Of a stretch of 64,000 nucleotides of DNA, positions 21,821 to 39,975 are shown piece by piece. Where the stretch lies: positions 622,731-686,730 of the forward strand of contig RHPI01001616.1 in assembly GCA_009103225.1 (NCBI GenBank). Direction: 5' to 3'. The notes beneath the pieces were generated by a model. The model worked only from the letters and a program-made list of their open reading frames with translations. It had not been told where the DNA came from and did not search any database. The position numbers and the translations under genes were made by a program. Source of the DNA: Chlorokybus atmophyticus. Lineage: Eukaryota; Plantae; Mesostigma and Chlorokybus algae. Each line of letters opens with the position of its first letter. Position 1 is the first letter of the stretch.

Positions 21821-23458
21821 TCCCTGTATCGAGATTACAGGTGGCCTGAGCCACGACAGTCTATATTAGTGTCCTCAGGTGCACGGCCGTTGCCAATATT
21901 TAGTCGGCCGGCAGGGAAAACATATTGCGATGTTCGAAGTTCTTTTATGTAAATTACAGAGTTTAAACTTCAAATTTGCATGGCGCTGTTAACCTTGGAA
22001 GACAGCATGTGGCTAATTGCTGCAAAGATGCTATATGCATGCTTGCCTCTCCTATGCTCGCCCACAGCGAGGTCATACTATCCTGCAGCTAGAAATCCAA
22101 GTATCGCATAAAAACAAAACATTGTAATACAGCGTTAAGTATAGCTTGATTTACTATATCACTTACTGTTGGACATAAAGCACGCTTGGCATATGTTAAT
22201 GGCAGCTAGCTATTGCATCAATTCCTGAGAGGCATCATTCAAATCCACTACGACATGGAGTATGCATGTTCATACAATATGCAAGTGCAGCCCTCACATT
22301 AAGCAAAACTTGCCACCTGCTCTGTTAACACAACTCCAAACCTGTTTCTCTCGCTCACACGCAAATAAATGAGACGCTTGCATGCGGACATCGTCCGCAC
22401 AAATCTTGCAGAAAAAGTCGCCATTAAACTTGTCGTAGTCGAAGCATGTAGCACCAGCTGCGCGTTTGCCCTTCACAATGAGGGTACAAGTTGTCTACCC
22501 ATGCGCGTCATCACCTCGCGTCTATTGTTGTATAACCGCAATATGGCAATATGTCGACATTGAAGCCGTCTTGGAAGTGTGAGATACGACACGACTATTG
22601 GGATCCATCATAAGTAGTGCGTGGTTCACAACCCCGCCCTCGAAGCATGTGTTGTAGGGCCGCTGCAAGTGCTAATCGCATAGTGAGCTCCACATGACAC
22701 AAGGAGCGGTGACAGGATGTTGATATACAAACGGGGTGTGAGCGGTAGTGTTACCGGCTACTATAGTGATTGAGGTGTTGTGGAACATAATATTTTGCCC
22801 GGTGGTTCAATGTGTGCCGATTGCGGTGATCAATTGTGTATGAATACCCGAGATACATTTTGCATACAAGCAACATGTGTTTGCATGTGACAATGAATGT
22901 GGCACACATGATGCACGAGGAATCCTACTCCACAACTACTGTACAAGAGCGTTCAACCACACAATACCCTACCATACCGCTTCCAATAATTTGTGCATGG
23001 CTGTCAACACGATTCTTAGTCTGTGTTTGCTCTCACCATCATTCAGTCCAATCTGTGCATGTATTCATGCCACGGCACTGATACAGCATATCCAGACTGC
23101 TCTCAGCAGCAGTAGCGTGCAGTAATGGCTCCTCCGCACAGCACACATTGCAACATGCGCCTCTAGGCGCCCATTGCCTGGGCCAGATCAATATGCTGTG
23201 TAACACTACTGCTCCAACCCAGCGTGCTTCCAATACCCCATGCAGCAGCAGCAGCAATTAGCCACCTGTCCTCGCTGTGTATTCTTTGGGAAGGCCAATT
23301 GTGCAACAATGCTGGTGCCTTGGCATGGCACCCACAACGCCTAAGCGCACACCACAAGCTGGCTTGATACGAGGTGGCTAGGCACCGAGCATCACAGCAG
23401 GTGAATAAGCTTCTCCAGCCCAAAACCGAAACCCAAACCCACAACCCCAATCCCATTG

Positions 23459-24339
23459 CTATCCTTCTTGCGCCTCTCCGTTCTGTGCTGCGGCATTCAA
23501 CTCAGCGAACCTCATGCTGACTCGCGCGGAGTGTTTGAGGAACTTCTCTGCGCACCGCTTCACGCACGTCTCCTCGCCCTTGTCGAGAGTACGACGACGG
23601 AAGTTGTCGACGCAGTCGTTGAAACAACGCTCAACAAGAGAGTTGTACATGCGTAAACTGGGAACACAAGACACAGAAGAACAGTAGAGTGAGAGACGAA
23701 GCGAGCGTGTGAAGTTAGTGTGCTACAGCCTGGTGTAATGAAACATCAACCAAGGTGCGGATCAGTGCTTGTGAATACAATGTCTCATCGGGTGTCAGGT
23801 GTTCCAACGTGCATTCAACATACGCCCTTTCCTTTCTATAGACACCACTGCTTGCACTCAGTCTGAACTGAACGACTACCAACTCTGGTACAATCAAGTA
23901 GAGCAATGCACTACATCTGTAGAGTCTTGCGCACAAGTAACAAAGAACAAAACACGATAGTACAACAGCTCACTAGTGACGCGCACGTTGTCTCTGCAAG
24001 TGCACGACGAGAATGCACACCGCTTACTGTCTTCAAAGACTACATCACAAGCTGCTGGCAGTCAGTTTCGACCTAGCATACTGGCTTAACATCACCATCA
24101 GAACTAACTATAGCTACTGCATCTATTTCAGACTACCCACGCTAAGAGGACGCGACAATATTCTAGCGGCCGCATGCATTGGGCCAGCAGTGCAAAGAAA
24201 AATGTGTGCATGCGGTATGAATACACGTCCAGCCCATGCGCACCCACCTGTCCCTCATCTGCATGCCCTCAATCAGCTGCGTCATCTTCTCCTGGTCCTC
24301 TTGGGTCAACCCAGGCCCCAACATCTCACCGACATTCAT
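23459..24339 (-). CDS. TIM9: Mitochondrial intermembrane-space chaperone Tim9; 2 exons (24339-24248, 23657-23459)
   Basis: MNVGEMLGPGLTQEDQEKMTQLIEGMQMRDS|LRMYNSLVERCFNDCVDNF..EETCVKRCAEKFLKHSARVSMRFAE; twin CX3C motif; splice phases match. Confidence 0.93.
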
Positions 24340-24477
24340 CGCGACGCACTGACTCGTGGTAGCGAATAATTAGATAGTTTAACTCGCTCAATAAACCGTC
24401 ACCCCACCACCCTTCGCTGCCGCTGCCACCGCCGCCGCCGCTCACGTCACCGAGGACAAGCACATTTAAGACCATAG

Positions 24478-24569
24478 CCCTAACCCTAAACCTAAATGTC
24501 TTGTACGGTGCTGCTCTCTGCGAAGCGTCGGCGCGGCGTACTGATTGTTCTCCCTGGCCGTTAGGGTTT
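24478..24569. promoter_or_regulatory. Telo-box-like motifs in the TIM9/RUVBL2 bidirectional promoter
   Basis: CCCTAACCCTAAACCTAAA at 24478-24496 and TAGGGTTT (reverse complement of AAACCCTA) at 24562-24569, within the 453 bp between divergent ATGs. Confidence 0.45.
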
Positions 24570-24792
24570 GTTGGGAAACAAAAGTGCGGAAGAAAGCGTT
24601 CGGCATGCACCAATGAGGAGGGGGGGGGGGGAGTGGCCTGCTCGTTAGGTAGCTGACTGGTTGCTTGAGCGTTTGCTGGGTAGCTCTTTTGGTCGTTGGA
24701 CTCTTGTGTGGAAAAGCTATACTCTTTTGTGTTTGAGGCTGTTTTAGTTGTTTGCGACTGGCTGAGGCCTGGGATCAAGAGGCGTCACCACA

Positions 24793-27787
<2,995 letters not shown>

Positions 27788-29893
27788 GATGCCGTTGCTG
27801 TGTTCATGTTTGACGGTTGATTGGGATGTGTGCGTGCGCACATGTGTGCCCGCGCGCCCTAGCCACAACTGCAGGCTGAAGGCCCACACTACGCCGAAGG
27901 GGTGAGGGACGCGCAGTTCGCATCACTAAACAGAGGCGCGGTAGCGGTGATTGTCTGAAAGTACACATCACAGATGGGTCACTCCTGAGGCCCTTCACAG
28001 GTCACTCGACCTCAACGCTTGATCTCAATACCAGCTCACTGACCATCACCCCTTGCAGGCAAAACCTTAAAGAGCTATTTGCTTGCTTTGAGCGTGTGCA
28101 GCTTGTGTTGGTCCATTCCCCCAACTGCATCTATCGCAGCGCCTTGACCCAGACTTCAACCAAGCTTGACAAAGTGGATGCTGCGAGATTCATTAAGACT
28201 AGATTTTACTTTGACGGACAACGTGCCCATCCTTGCTCATGTAAAACGCCACCAATGGAACAACAAACAACTGATATTTCCAGCAAAGCATAGCGTGTTG
28301 TGGGTTCCCTAACATCCGTACCCTTCAAACATTAATTATACAGCACGCGCTGCTAGCACTGAGTACACACAACCAACCCCACCACCCAACCCTACCAGCT
28401 GCACCTAACCAGCACAGCAGCACAGCCCCAGCGTACGACCTAAAGGTCCCTGCCCAGCGCAGTGCTGACGTGAGCACTGCGCGGCAAGGGTTGTTGACAA
28501 CCGCGGCACGCAGCAGCCCGCGCAGTAGTGGCTGAGAGGAGGGCGGGGGCAGAGGGAGCGGAGGGAGAGGGGGGAGTCGTCCTGCATGTTGATGCTGTTG
28601 CAGCTGTGGCCGTGGTTGACAACGGACTGACCAGCGCCCATGTGAGCAGGTACTAACTGAATGCATGCTTGTATGTCTAACGGGGCGGGCTAGCATTGGT
28701 ATAATGTAGCAAGCAGCCATAGAACTAGCCCGGTGGTTAAATTTGATGTGTAAAGCGTGTGTATGCTTGTGCTGATGCATGCCAATCGCATTGTCCACAC
28801 CATGCATGCTGCCACCGTACCATACCCCTTATATACACATTATGTCGTCGTGCCCAATGCACACTGTGCAACTGATGGTCATATTAAGCACATCATCATT
28901 GCTATGCAGACATGACTTGGTCTCGACGCTCAAGCTTACAGAAATACTTCCGCATATTCATTGCCTGCGCAGCCACACAAAACTGGTTGCAAAGCACAAC
29001 AATCGCTGATGGCAACCATCAGCTGACCAACCAAACACTTATATATTCAATCGCCATTGTTGCGCAAAGTGCAATAAATTGCATGGTTGTGGAATGTAAG
29101 TTTGTCCCATTGCATGTTCAGGTGATGGACATCTCTGGGCAACTTTGCGAGGCGCATGCATGCAAATACACGCATGTGTGCATGAGGTGCATGTTTGCAA
29201 CAATGAATCGAACACAGGCAATGGATAGATGAAACGCGGCAGCAATGTTCAACTTTCGTGTTTCAAGCAGCGTATGCTGCTCATGCAGTCTGTCAAGTGA
29301 CTAGGAAAACTTGTCACAATATTATTTGTCATAGGAAGCGTTTACACATGAGGTGCTATTCTCCAGCCACATGAAGTCATGTGTATGCACACAGATATAC
29401 ATGTGTGCGCGCCAGCACCGATGCACACGCGCACACACATACTGGCACGTACATGCAGAACGTGCATCAAGCTAGGGACACCACAATGCACATGCTTTAT
29501 CCGCCGGAGAGCATTCTTCAGCCAGCCCTACACTACAGGAACGTGCTAACCTATCATAACCAACTTGCCATTACTTGCAGTCTGCTGATCTTGTGTGATA
29601 GGTGGAAACAACTTCTTTATTGCACAGAGGTGGGCTGCAGAAGAGGCGGTAATCGGCATCCCTTAATTGGGGAGAGCATTGAATGAAATGTTCTCCGCTA
29701 ATGTGGATATCGGCTTTTAAAACACTTGCGGACAAGAGTTAGGTTAAGGTCACACAGCAAGAGTTAGAGCAAATATTGACAGCAACAAGTGTACATTAGC
29801 TCACCGCATGATGCACGACCATTAACCGCAAGGCCTGAGTCTGCTCAGAACGCATGTCTTTGTGCATTGTTGCACGCAAAACTGCCCTGCGGC

Positions 29894-30077
29894 GCGAGTT
29901 GCTAGGCACCCGTTACACAAACTTGGCTTGATCAGTGCTCCATCGCGATGGTTCACGTGCTTTGCTGGCATGCTAACGGCATAGTTCACGACGTCAACAT
30001 GCCGAGCAAAGCACGTGGCCCACCTCAATGGAGCAATGCGCAAGCCAAGTTTGTGTACCGGGCGCTTAGCACCTCGC
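29894..30077. other. 184-nt imperfect foldback (pre-miRNA-like or decayed inverted repeat)
   Basis: 29894-29943 pairs with 30028-30077 (43/50). Inner CACGTGCTTTGCT-GGCATG pairs with CATGCC-G-AGCAAAGCACGTG; terminal loop ~13 nt. Confidence 0.7.
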
Positions 30078-30480
30078 AATGACATCGACAGCATCTTCCA
30101 CCAGATCTGTAGCTGCGCCTTCCCATTCCTCGACAGCTACAGCATCATTGGTTAGTAGGAGAGAGCATTCACACGCAAATGCAAGGACCCACCGCACGGG
30201 GCCGGCGGGGGAGGAAGGAATGGGGAGAGACAGAAAGATACATACCTGAGCAAAGATCCCCGCAATTCAAGGCATATGTTGTGAATCTCAACATGGCTCC
30301 CATATTGCCACCACATGTGTTGAACACAACACACCAACTTTCCTACAAGCAATTATGATAGTTGGGGTCAAGTTTAAAAGCACAAGGAAATGACCTACAT
30401 AAAGTAACAACTGCTTTTGTCACAACACTTATTCTTGAAGTTGTATGCACCTCGTTTAAGATGAACTCCCAGTCATTGGT

Positions 30481-30733
30481 GACTTACTAAAGGAAAGCGT
30501 TGAAACATTTTACAACGAGGTTGCATTTAAAAAGCTGCGTTCCTTCTTAGCTAAAAAAAACACGCAGCTATTGAAGTGCAACCTCTTTGTAGAATATTTT
30601 AGCGCTCTCCTTCGGTTGTAACCGCTTTTGAAGCAACCTCGTTGTGGGCTAACTAGTCTTGAACCAAGGAGGAGCGCAGCTTTTGAAGTGCAACCTTGTT
30701 GTAAAATGTTTTAGCGCTTTCCTTCTGTTAGTC
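30481..30733. mobile_element. MITE-like/foldback element, ~253 bp, with ~65-bp imperfect terminal inverted repeats and an internal third copy
   Basis: GACTTACTAAAGGAAAGCG..TTTTACAACGAGGTTGCA..AAAAGCTGCG (30481-30547) is the reverse complement of 30670-30733; a third direct copy at ~30560-30615. No TSD seen. Confidence 0.55.
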
Positions 30734-33089
30734 CGGGATCTTTTCGCTCGGTTGTAGACAGGCTTTAAATCTTCCGCTGCCTGCTGTTATGCATCACAGT
30801 AAACCTTAGGCCGTTTGCCGGGCTTGGCTATGCGCGAAAGTCAAATAAGCGCGGCTAGCAGATAAGTGCTTGTTGCATTTCAAGGACTGCATAACTGCGC
30901 ACCCGGCAACTCAGGTGAGGGCGTGAGTATGGACGTGCAGGACTGGCATTTTGCTGATAGCCAACAGATCTTAGGAAACCGTTAGAGAAGCACCCATCAA
31001 AAAAAGCAAACGCAAATGGGGATTGGAGTAATAAAGGGGATGGCGTCAATTCCACATACCCGAACCTATCGCTTCTAATTGTAATTGTATCGACATACTT
31101 CGCGCGTGTCTGAATGCTGCTGCTGATCGGCCGCCAATGCACATTGACAATGGTCTACCGCACACCAAAACGTTGTGAATGCGCAATGGCAGCCCCGAAA
31201 GGCGTGCTCGAGAAGACAAGCATTTTGAAAAGATATGCAGCATGCTTCCAATGCAAGGTTGCTGGTGCTGAGCGGTGACAACAGATGCAGGCAGGAAGCA
31301 ATGACACAATGGACAGGAAGAGACTAGAAACCAGAGACGCCGAGGGGCCTTGTGTAAACAGCCGCTGCGCATGCATGTGTGCGGCAGGTGAAGACGCTGG
31401 TGCGCAAGAAGAGTTGCTGCGCATGCATGTGTGCGCACGTGTGCGCATGCGTGTGGGTGTGTGGGTGTGCATGGTCGTGTGCCTCTCTGTGCATTTGCGT
31501 GCCTGCTGGTGCGAGTGTGCGCTCATGGCCCCTGCGCTTAGGGCCCCCCCCGGGGGGGGAAGGGGAGCCACAAACTCACCTGCAGCCCTGGCCTAAGCCT
31601 TGGCAACAACCTGTCTTGCTCTGAGTGGGAGGGGGCCATTGGACAGAACGAACACACACATGCACACCCTCGCAAACACAACAGTCCACTAACAGTCCTA
31701 CACACGCAGGCAGGCAGGCAAGGAGACCGGGGCGGGTGGGGGTGGGTGGGCGCAGTTGTCGCCACCGCCTAGGGGAGGAGGAGCGCTTACCGTTTTATTC
31801 ATGCAAGGCCAAAGCCTGTTGCAAGCCCCTCAACCCGGCCTAGCTAACTAACTTGGTCACTAACAACCACCACAAGTAGGCTGGTGGAGGAGTGAAGTTA
31901 GTGGTAATGGTGGTACTGTAGGCGCTGGGCTGGCCCTTAGTAGATGCCAAGCGCTCTGTACTTCTGCCAGCGAAGCGCCTTGCCAGTCCTCCGCTGGAGG
32001 TGGCCGTCGTGTCAACCGAGGGCGTAAGCACTGGTGGCTGTTTGAAGGCTCTGAAGGTCTAGCATACACAACTTGCAGTTAGCAGTTACCATGGAGTCGT
32101 CGCGTACCGTTAACCGGGCAAGTGACAGGAAGGCAATTCCGTTAATGAATTGTCGCTACCGATACTGGCTTCTTCAGTCATCATCATGCTCTGACAGAGT
32201 TGTTCCGGCCCTGGTCCAGGCGCAACCGGGCGCTGCACACGGCGGCGGTGGTGGCGGAGGAGGAGGACGAGACGGAGGAGGATCAGGATTCCCACTGAAG
32301 GCTCGTCCAAAAAGTCTGCAACACAAATGCGACGTCACCTGCGCAAGGATGTGAGTCTGTCCATTCAGGCAGGAACAACGGTAAAGACTCTTTCACACTG
32401 TGTATGAGCACTGTGTGTCGTGCGTTGTGTTGTAAATGACAATGCAGTGCAACACATACAACTTGTCTGCATGTTCCAACCATTGTGCAGCAGCAAGCAT
32501 AACCTGTGCCGAGAAGCTTGCCGCATGTACATCTACGGGCACCTAAGGCCAGTTCAAACACATTCGGCCATTTTTTGACCGCAACACTTTGGTGTAGGAT
32601 AGGTCATTGGGCAAGCAGCCTTGAGAGACGGACAAGACACTCACAATCAATGCTAACCCAAGTGACAACAGCCTGCAGGTACGTGTGTTAGTGTCGCCTG
32701 CTATTACCATCACCCACACTCCCAATTTGCCTGTGCCTTCACTGACTGTTGTTCTGTTCTTGTTTCAGCATGCGAGCTAACACATATGTGTCTTATGCAC
32801 TGCCAACCCCATGCAAGCCGAACCAGATAGCACGCGCTAAGGCTTCGCATGCAAAGAGGCTCTTTCACACTCGCTTGCACCCGGCAGCCTTCCCATTCCA
32901 TCCACTTGTTCGCACGCCACAACGCCGCTCGCACCCTCGACACTTGCAGCATTTGCAGCTGAAATGCCAGGTGCACATGTGCCCACATCATATTCATTTA
33001 TGCTACTGTGCGCATTGTCCTGCCTGTTTGGCCTTCTGGCATTGGTAGGCAGGCATGGCGTACTTGCTTCCTGATTGAGCAATGAAAAT

Positions 33090-35241
<2,152 letters not shown>

Positions 35242-37149
35242 TGTAACAGCATGCCTGCACCGCAGACAAGGGCAAGAACTAGCAGCTGCAGATATACATG
35301 AAGATATGCGTTCTCCTTCTTCTTCCTCTTCTTCTTCGTCGTTGTTGTCTTCCTTGTTTTTTCTGGCGTCCCTTTCCAAAGCCAGCGCGTCTTCTGAATC
35401 TGAATGCGCACTCAGCGTGTGCGCGTGCCAGCAAGTGTGTGCGTGATGCTCACGCACATGTGTATCTATAAGCAAGTCCCTGGCGACCTTTCTCAACTCT
35501 GCTAATTCAATAGCCTTGTCCACGTTCTACAGTGACTGTCAAGGGAGTGTGCCAGCAAACAGGTATTGCTCCTGTTGCACACTATGCAGTTGAGGTGAGT
35601 CGCATGGCTGAGCACACATTGCGTGTGTGGTCACAATTATGTGTTGGTTGTGCATCAGTCGGTTTATACCAAGGCTCACGCTGTGGCCAAGCACGTTAAA
35701 TGCATATTGAAGGACTAAGTCTATGCCGGTGCTGGTGATGTGTTTGTGAAGTGAATGTCTGTGGCAACATGATTGTGTTCTGCGGCTCTGTCCAGTCGCC
35801 AAACAGAGTGTGCATTGGTCAGCTGGTCATCATCTTATGCATTATAGTCAGTTCTTGTTCAGTTATTCAGGCACAGTGAGTGGTCCCTCTTGTGTGACAC
35901 ATGTTGTGGAAGAGCTGCGAGGGTTGACTGCTGCTGCTATGTGTGTGTGCTGCATCCAGGCCTTCCGCTTTGAATAAAACTACACAAGGTCGCCCTTCTT
36001 TCTTCTAACACTGGTTGTTCTCGCAGTTCCCACGCAGCTAGTCATCATCAAGAACTGGAAGGAAGACCAAGCAGAAGACTCGTGGTGGAGAACAGTTTTT
36101 GCTGCATTGGCTGTCAGCTAGTTGCGCATACTACAGCGCCGATTGATGACACCGTCAGTGATTGTGATGTTGCCCCGAATTGTGTTACTGTTGTTGCTGG
36201 TGGCTGTAACACTATTGGACGCACGTGTGTTTACTTGCATCACACTTGAGGTTACACATAATAAGTACATGCGAGATGGGACTGGTCCCACTTACAGACA
36301 TAGTTGCGCGGGCGATAAGTAGTTGTGTGACACACATAGGGTATAGTATTGAGGTAACCAGCCCGTCACAAAGCACAGTAGGCAAGGCACACATACGTGT
36401 TGCGCATTTCCTGTACAACTTCATTAACACAACAAGGCAACAAACACCAAACTAGACTAGGGGCTGGCTTCCTACGCGCGCGCTCAACAAGGCAACTTAT
36501 GCAACAACAATGCCAGTAGTAGGTTCACCTGAAAATACACCACAGCGTCAGCAAGTTAGTATGTTGCTTGTCCACGCTCTCGTGACAGACGACAAGTGTC
36601 AGCTGCAGTATAATTGTTGCTGCCCACCCGCAGCTCAACTTGTGCGTGCAGTGGATCACGCACTGCTACGCTACGATATTGAGCACACAAACGCCGCATG
36701 CACTGGTTCTGTTTGCGTCCAGTGCATGCACATGATAATGGGCCAACACCTGTCGCGTCCTGCGTGGCAACCACCCGTCCGTGGACGAAACAGTATCGAG
36801 ACCAACGTCAATTGCTTGATCAGAGCCAACACTCGTCGCATTGCGTCTCCGCAATGGTCTTCCCACACGTCCATCTTGAAGCTGAGCTGCAACCTGACAG
36901 GCGTGTACCCCTAATACTCATGCTGTTGTGTGCACGGAGGTCAGTCGATTGGTGGATAAACTAATCTGTAGACTGTTTTTTCAAGGTCTTATACTTATAT
37001 ATGCATGCTGGGGTATCTTGGCCTGCTAATTTCAAGTATTGTGCAACTTCGTTGGCTTTGTACTTTTTAAAACAGAAATTGCAGGTGTAATAAGGTCTCG
37101 TATTATACAATCTTTGGATTGTTAGGGTAATATAAAAAAGGGAAAATTT

Positions 37150-37616
37150 GTGAAAAATCTTTGGAATCGGGAAACAGGTATAATGGTAATTGTTGGTCTC
37201 CTCCTTTTTACTGTTTCAACTTCCAAAAGGATCAAAGTCTTTAATGAAGACATTTTGGTTGCGCTCAGTTTTTTTGGTTTTGTTCTTCTTACTTACCAAA
37301 CCTTTGGTAAAGAAATAGAAGAGTCTTTGAATGCAAGAAGTGAAGAAGCTAAAGAAGGGCTGCAAAATTGTATTGGTCTCAAAGAGGATTTCATTGAAAA
37401 TTGGATAGAAGAGTATAAGAAACAACTTTCTTTTAACGTAGTAATGAGTAAATCTAAAGATCTTTCTTTAATCGAAATGACCAATATTGGAAAAGAACGT
37501 GAAAAAGTATTGCAAATATTAAAACCACAATTAGTAATCCCAAAATTAAATAATTTGTCAATCTCTCAAGCTATTGGCCTACAAAAATTACAATCTTTAG
37601 TTGCTATTAGTTTTTT
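37150..37616 (+). pseudogene. atp4: Mitochondrial atp4 (orf25/ymf39, ATP synthase subunit b) fragment: NUMT or mis-joined organellar sequence
   Basis: Intronless, strongly AT-rich ORF with STSKRIKVFNEDILVALSFFGFVLLTYQTFG, matching the plant atp4 signature SSKKISIYNEEMIVALCFIGF. Runs into an N gap. Confidence 0.8.
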
Positions 37617-38247
37617 NNNNNNNNNNNNNNNNNNNNNNNNNNNNNNNNNNNNNNNNNNNNNNNNNNNNNNNNNNNNNNNNNNNNNNNNNNNNNNNNNNNN
37701 NNNNNNNNNNNNNNNNNNNNNNNNNNNNNNNNNNNNNNNNNNNNNNNNNNNNNNNNNNNNNNNNNNNNNNNNNNNNNNNNNNNNNNNNNNNNNNNNNNNN
37801 NNNNNNNNNNNNNNNNNNNNNNNNNNNNNNNNNNNNNNNNNNNNNNNNNNNNNNNNNNNNNNNNNNNNNNNNNNNNNNNNNNNNNNNNNNNNNNNNNNNN
37901 NNNNNNNNNNNNNNNNNNNNNNNNNNNNNNNNNNNNNNNNNNNNNNNNNNNNNNNNNNNNNNNNNNNNNNNNNNNNNNNNNNNNNNNNNNNNNNNNNNNN
38001 NNNNNNNNNNNNNNNNNNNNNNNNNNNNNNNNNNNNNNNNNNNNNNNNNNNNNNNNNNNNNNNNNNNNNNNNNNNNNNNNNNNNNNNNNNNNNNNNNNNN
38101 NNNNNNNNNNNNNNNNNNNNNNNNNNNNNNNNNNNNNNNNNNNNNNNNNNNNNNNNNNNNNNNNNNNNNNNNNNNNNNNNNNNNNNNNNNNNNNNNNNNN
38201 NNNNNNNNNNNNNNNNNNNNNNNNNNNNNNNNNNNNNNNNNNNNNNN
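37617..38247. other. Assembly gap (631 N), followed by (CT)n(CG)n to ~38319
   Basis: Seen directly. Confidence 0.98.
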
Positions 38248-38311
<64 letters not shown>

Positions 38312-39975
38312 CGCGCGCTCTCGTGCAAGTGCACTGTATGAGCGCAAGCAGGTATCGCACATACGGACACGCAAACGCGCACATACGGACACATGCACGC
38401 GTACGCGCACACTGACGACGAACGCTTCGTCACACATGCAGGCGACTTGACACAAGCTGCAGCGATTGGCGAAGGTAGCCATTGAGCACGGCCGCCTGCA
38501 ACTGAATGAGACTCAAGCACTGGGCCAAAGTGACGGACGGCTCAAAGGCACCACTGGTGTTGGCAAGGAGGACTTCATGGTGTCGAGCGCACCATCACCG
38601 GCCATGACAGTGTTGTAAGTGACGTCAAGCAGCAGCTACACGAGGCAAGAAAACGGGCAAGTCTGTTGAGTGGAGGTGCATCAAGCTGCGTGAGATCGAG
38701 GAAGGGTGTGCTGCATAAACACTGAGTGCAAGGTCGCTTACAGGTGTCGAGGCTGCCGCGGTTCTGTTGTTTGTGATGCAGCAGAGCTTGCAGCAGACGG
38801 TCATTGTCTTGGTGCACATCACCAGCCTCTGCATGTGTGCGTGTGTGCGTGCGTATGCGCGTCTATGCGCGCATGCGTGCGTGTGTACACGCATGTGCGG
38901 GTGTGTCCTCGATTGCTATATTGGAACATGGCAGATTGGGTGTTGCATGTGGATCACTGGTGCTGTGTGCGGACAAGTGCACACTCTCACGTGCGCATAT
39001 CTGCACACGCACAGGCTTGGATGCACACCCAAACCCCCAATCACACTCCAGCGCACACAAGCACGCACATCAGCAAGTGCATACACGTGTCCGCATACAC
39101 ACGCACGCTTGCATCAGCTTGCATGAGGGGCACATCACCATAGCACACATCCATTTCAACAACACACACGGTAGGAGCAAGAGCCGATTGTTTCAACCTA
39201 CTTAGCTCGGTACACTTCTGAGCAATGCCTCCATCAGCTCAGTTACAGTAGCAGGTAGTTGTCGACTGGTGTGCAGGCAGATAGCAGTCGCTGCAAAGTA
39301 ACGACCGACGATTACGTTACATGCGGCAGGAAGGGACATTCCTTTGTCACCATGCAGCAAAATCAAGCACGTTGCCATGAGGCAACCAGCACGCAAACAC
39401 ACCTTCATCCGCACAGTGGGCCGATGCTTGCAGCGGTTGCAGGATCGAAAACATTGTCAACATGTGGATGGTGACCAGTCCAGGTGGAGTGGCTGGTTTT
39501 GCGCAAAGCAGCCCAGTGCCCTCGTAGACAATCTATGTAATGCAGAAGCAACTGATGACATTTGCAATCTAGGTTCTACACTCTGATGAACGTGGTGTAC
39601 TTAACGCAACCCTACAGTGTCATCACATTTGGACCAGCTCCATTCTTTGTGTATGCAACACATTGCCACGGGTTTGCAGCTTTGTACCCACACTGCAGAA
39701 ATAACTAAACTGAACATGACTATGAGGACTATTGAATACTCTCAAGCGTTGTTCAACAAGTTCAAGTGTTGGCACTACGGTTGTATGGTTTGCCAGGTAA
39801 CACAGCAGCATGCCCATGACACACCAATTGACAAATCTTGTCAGTTATTAACCATGCCTGGGACAAGCATGACTAATAGTTCACACTGCTCGCTGAGCAG
39901 ACTGTGCTCACTGTGGGTGCATATTCTGTACAAGTTGGTGGTGGTGCAGTCTACGCCTATGCCGTGCAGCCACTC

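Larger units (their letters stand above)
6300..21900. mobile_element. Putative giant Plavaka/CACTA-like DNA transposon with DNMT, Tudor-like, OTU and zinc-finger cargo; boundaries approximate
   Basis: Contiguous block of non-housekeeping, stop-riddled spliced ORFs around a Plavaka transposase, between host genes (GT2-like left, TIM9 right), ending in a 53-bp tandem array and hairpin. TIR/TSD not found. Confidence 0.6.

Noticed and set aside
21866-21872. TAGTG as the right end of a CACTA TIR
   Set aside because: No matching CACTA-initiated inverted copy or TSD was found on the left side (checked ~5.0-6.7 kb by eye).
28325-28807. Minus-strand ORFs including MGAGQSVVN.. (myristoylation-like start)
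   Set aside because: Low-complexity, no domain evidence, and downstream exons not identifiable.
38690-38830. Cys-rich peptide CCINTECKVAYRCRGC..HCL..HH resembling a piggyBac C-terminal domain
   Set aside because: No upstream transposase motifs, TTAA ends or TIRs; too short to support.
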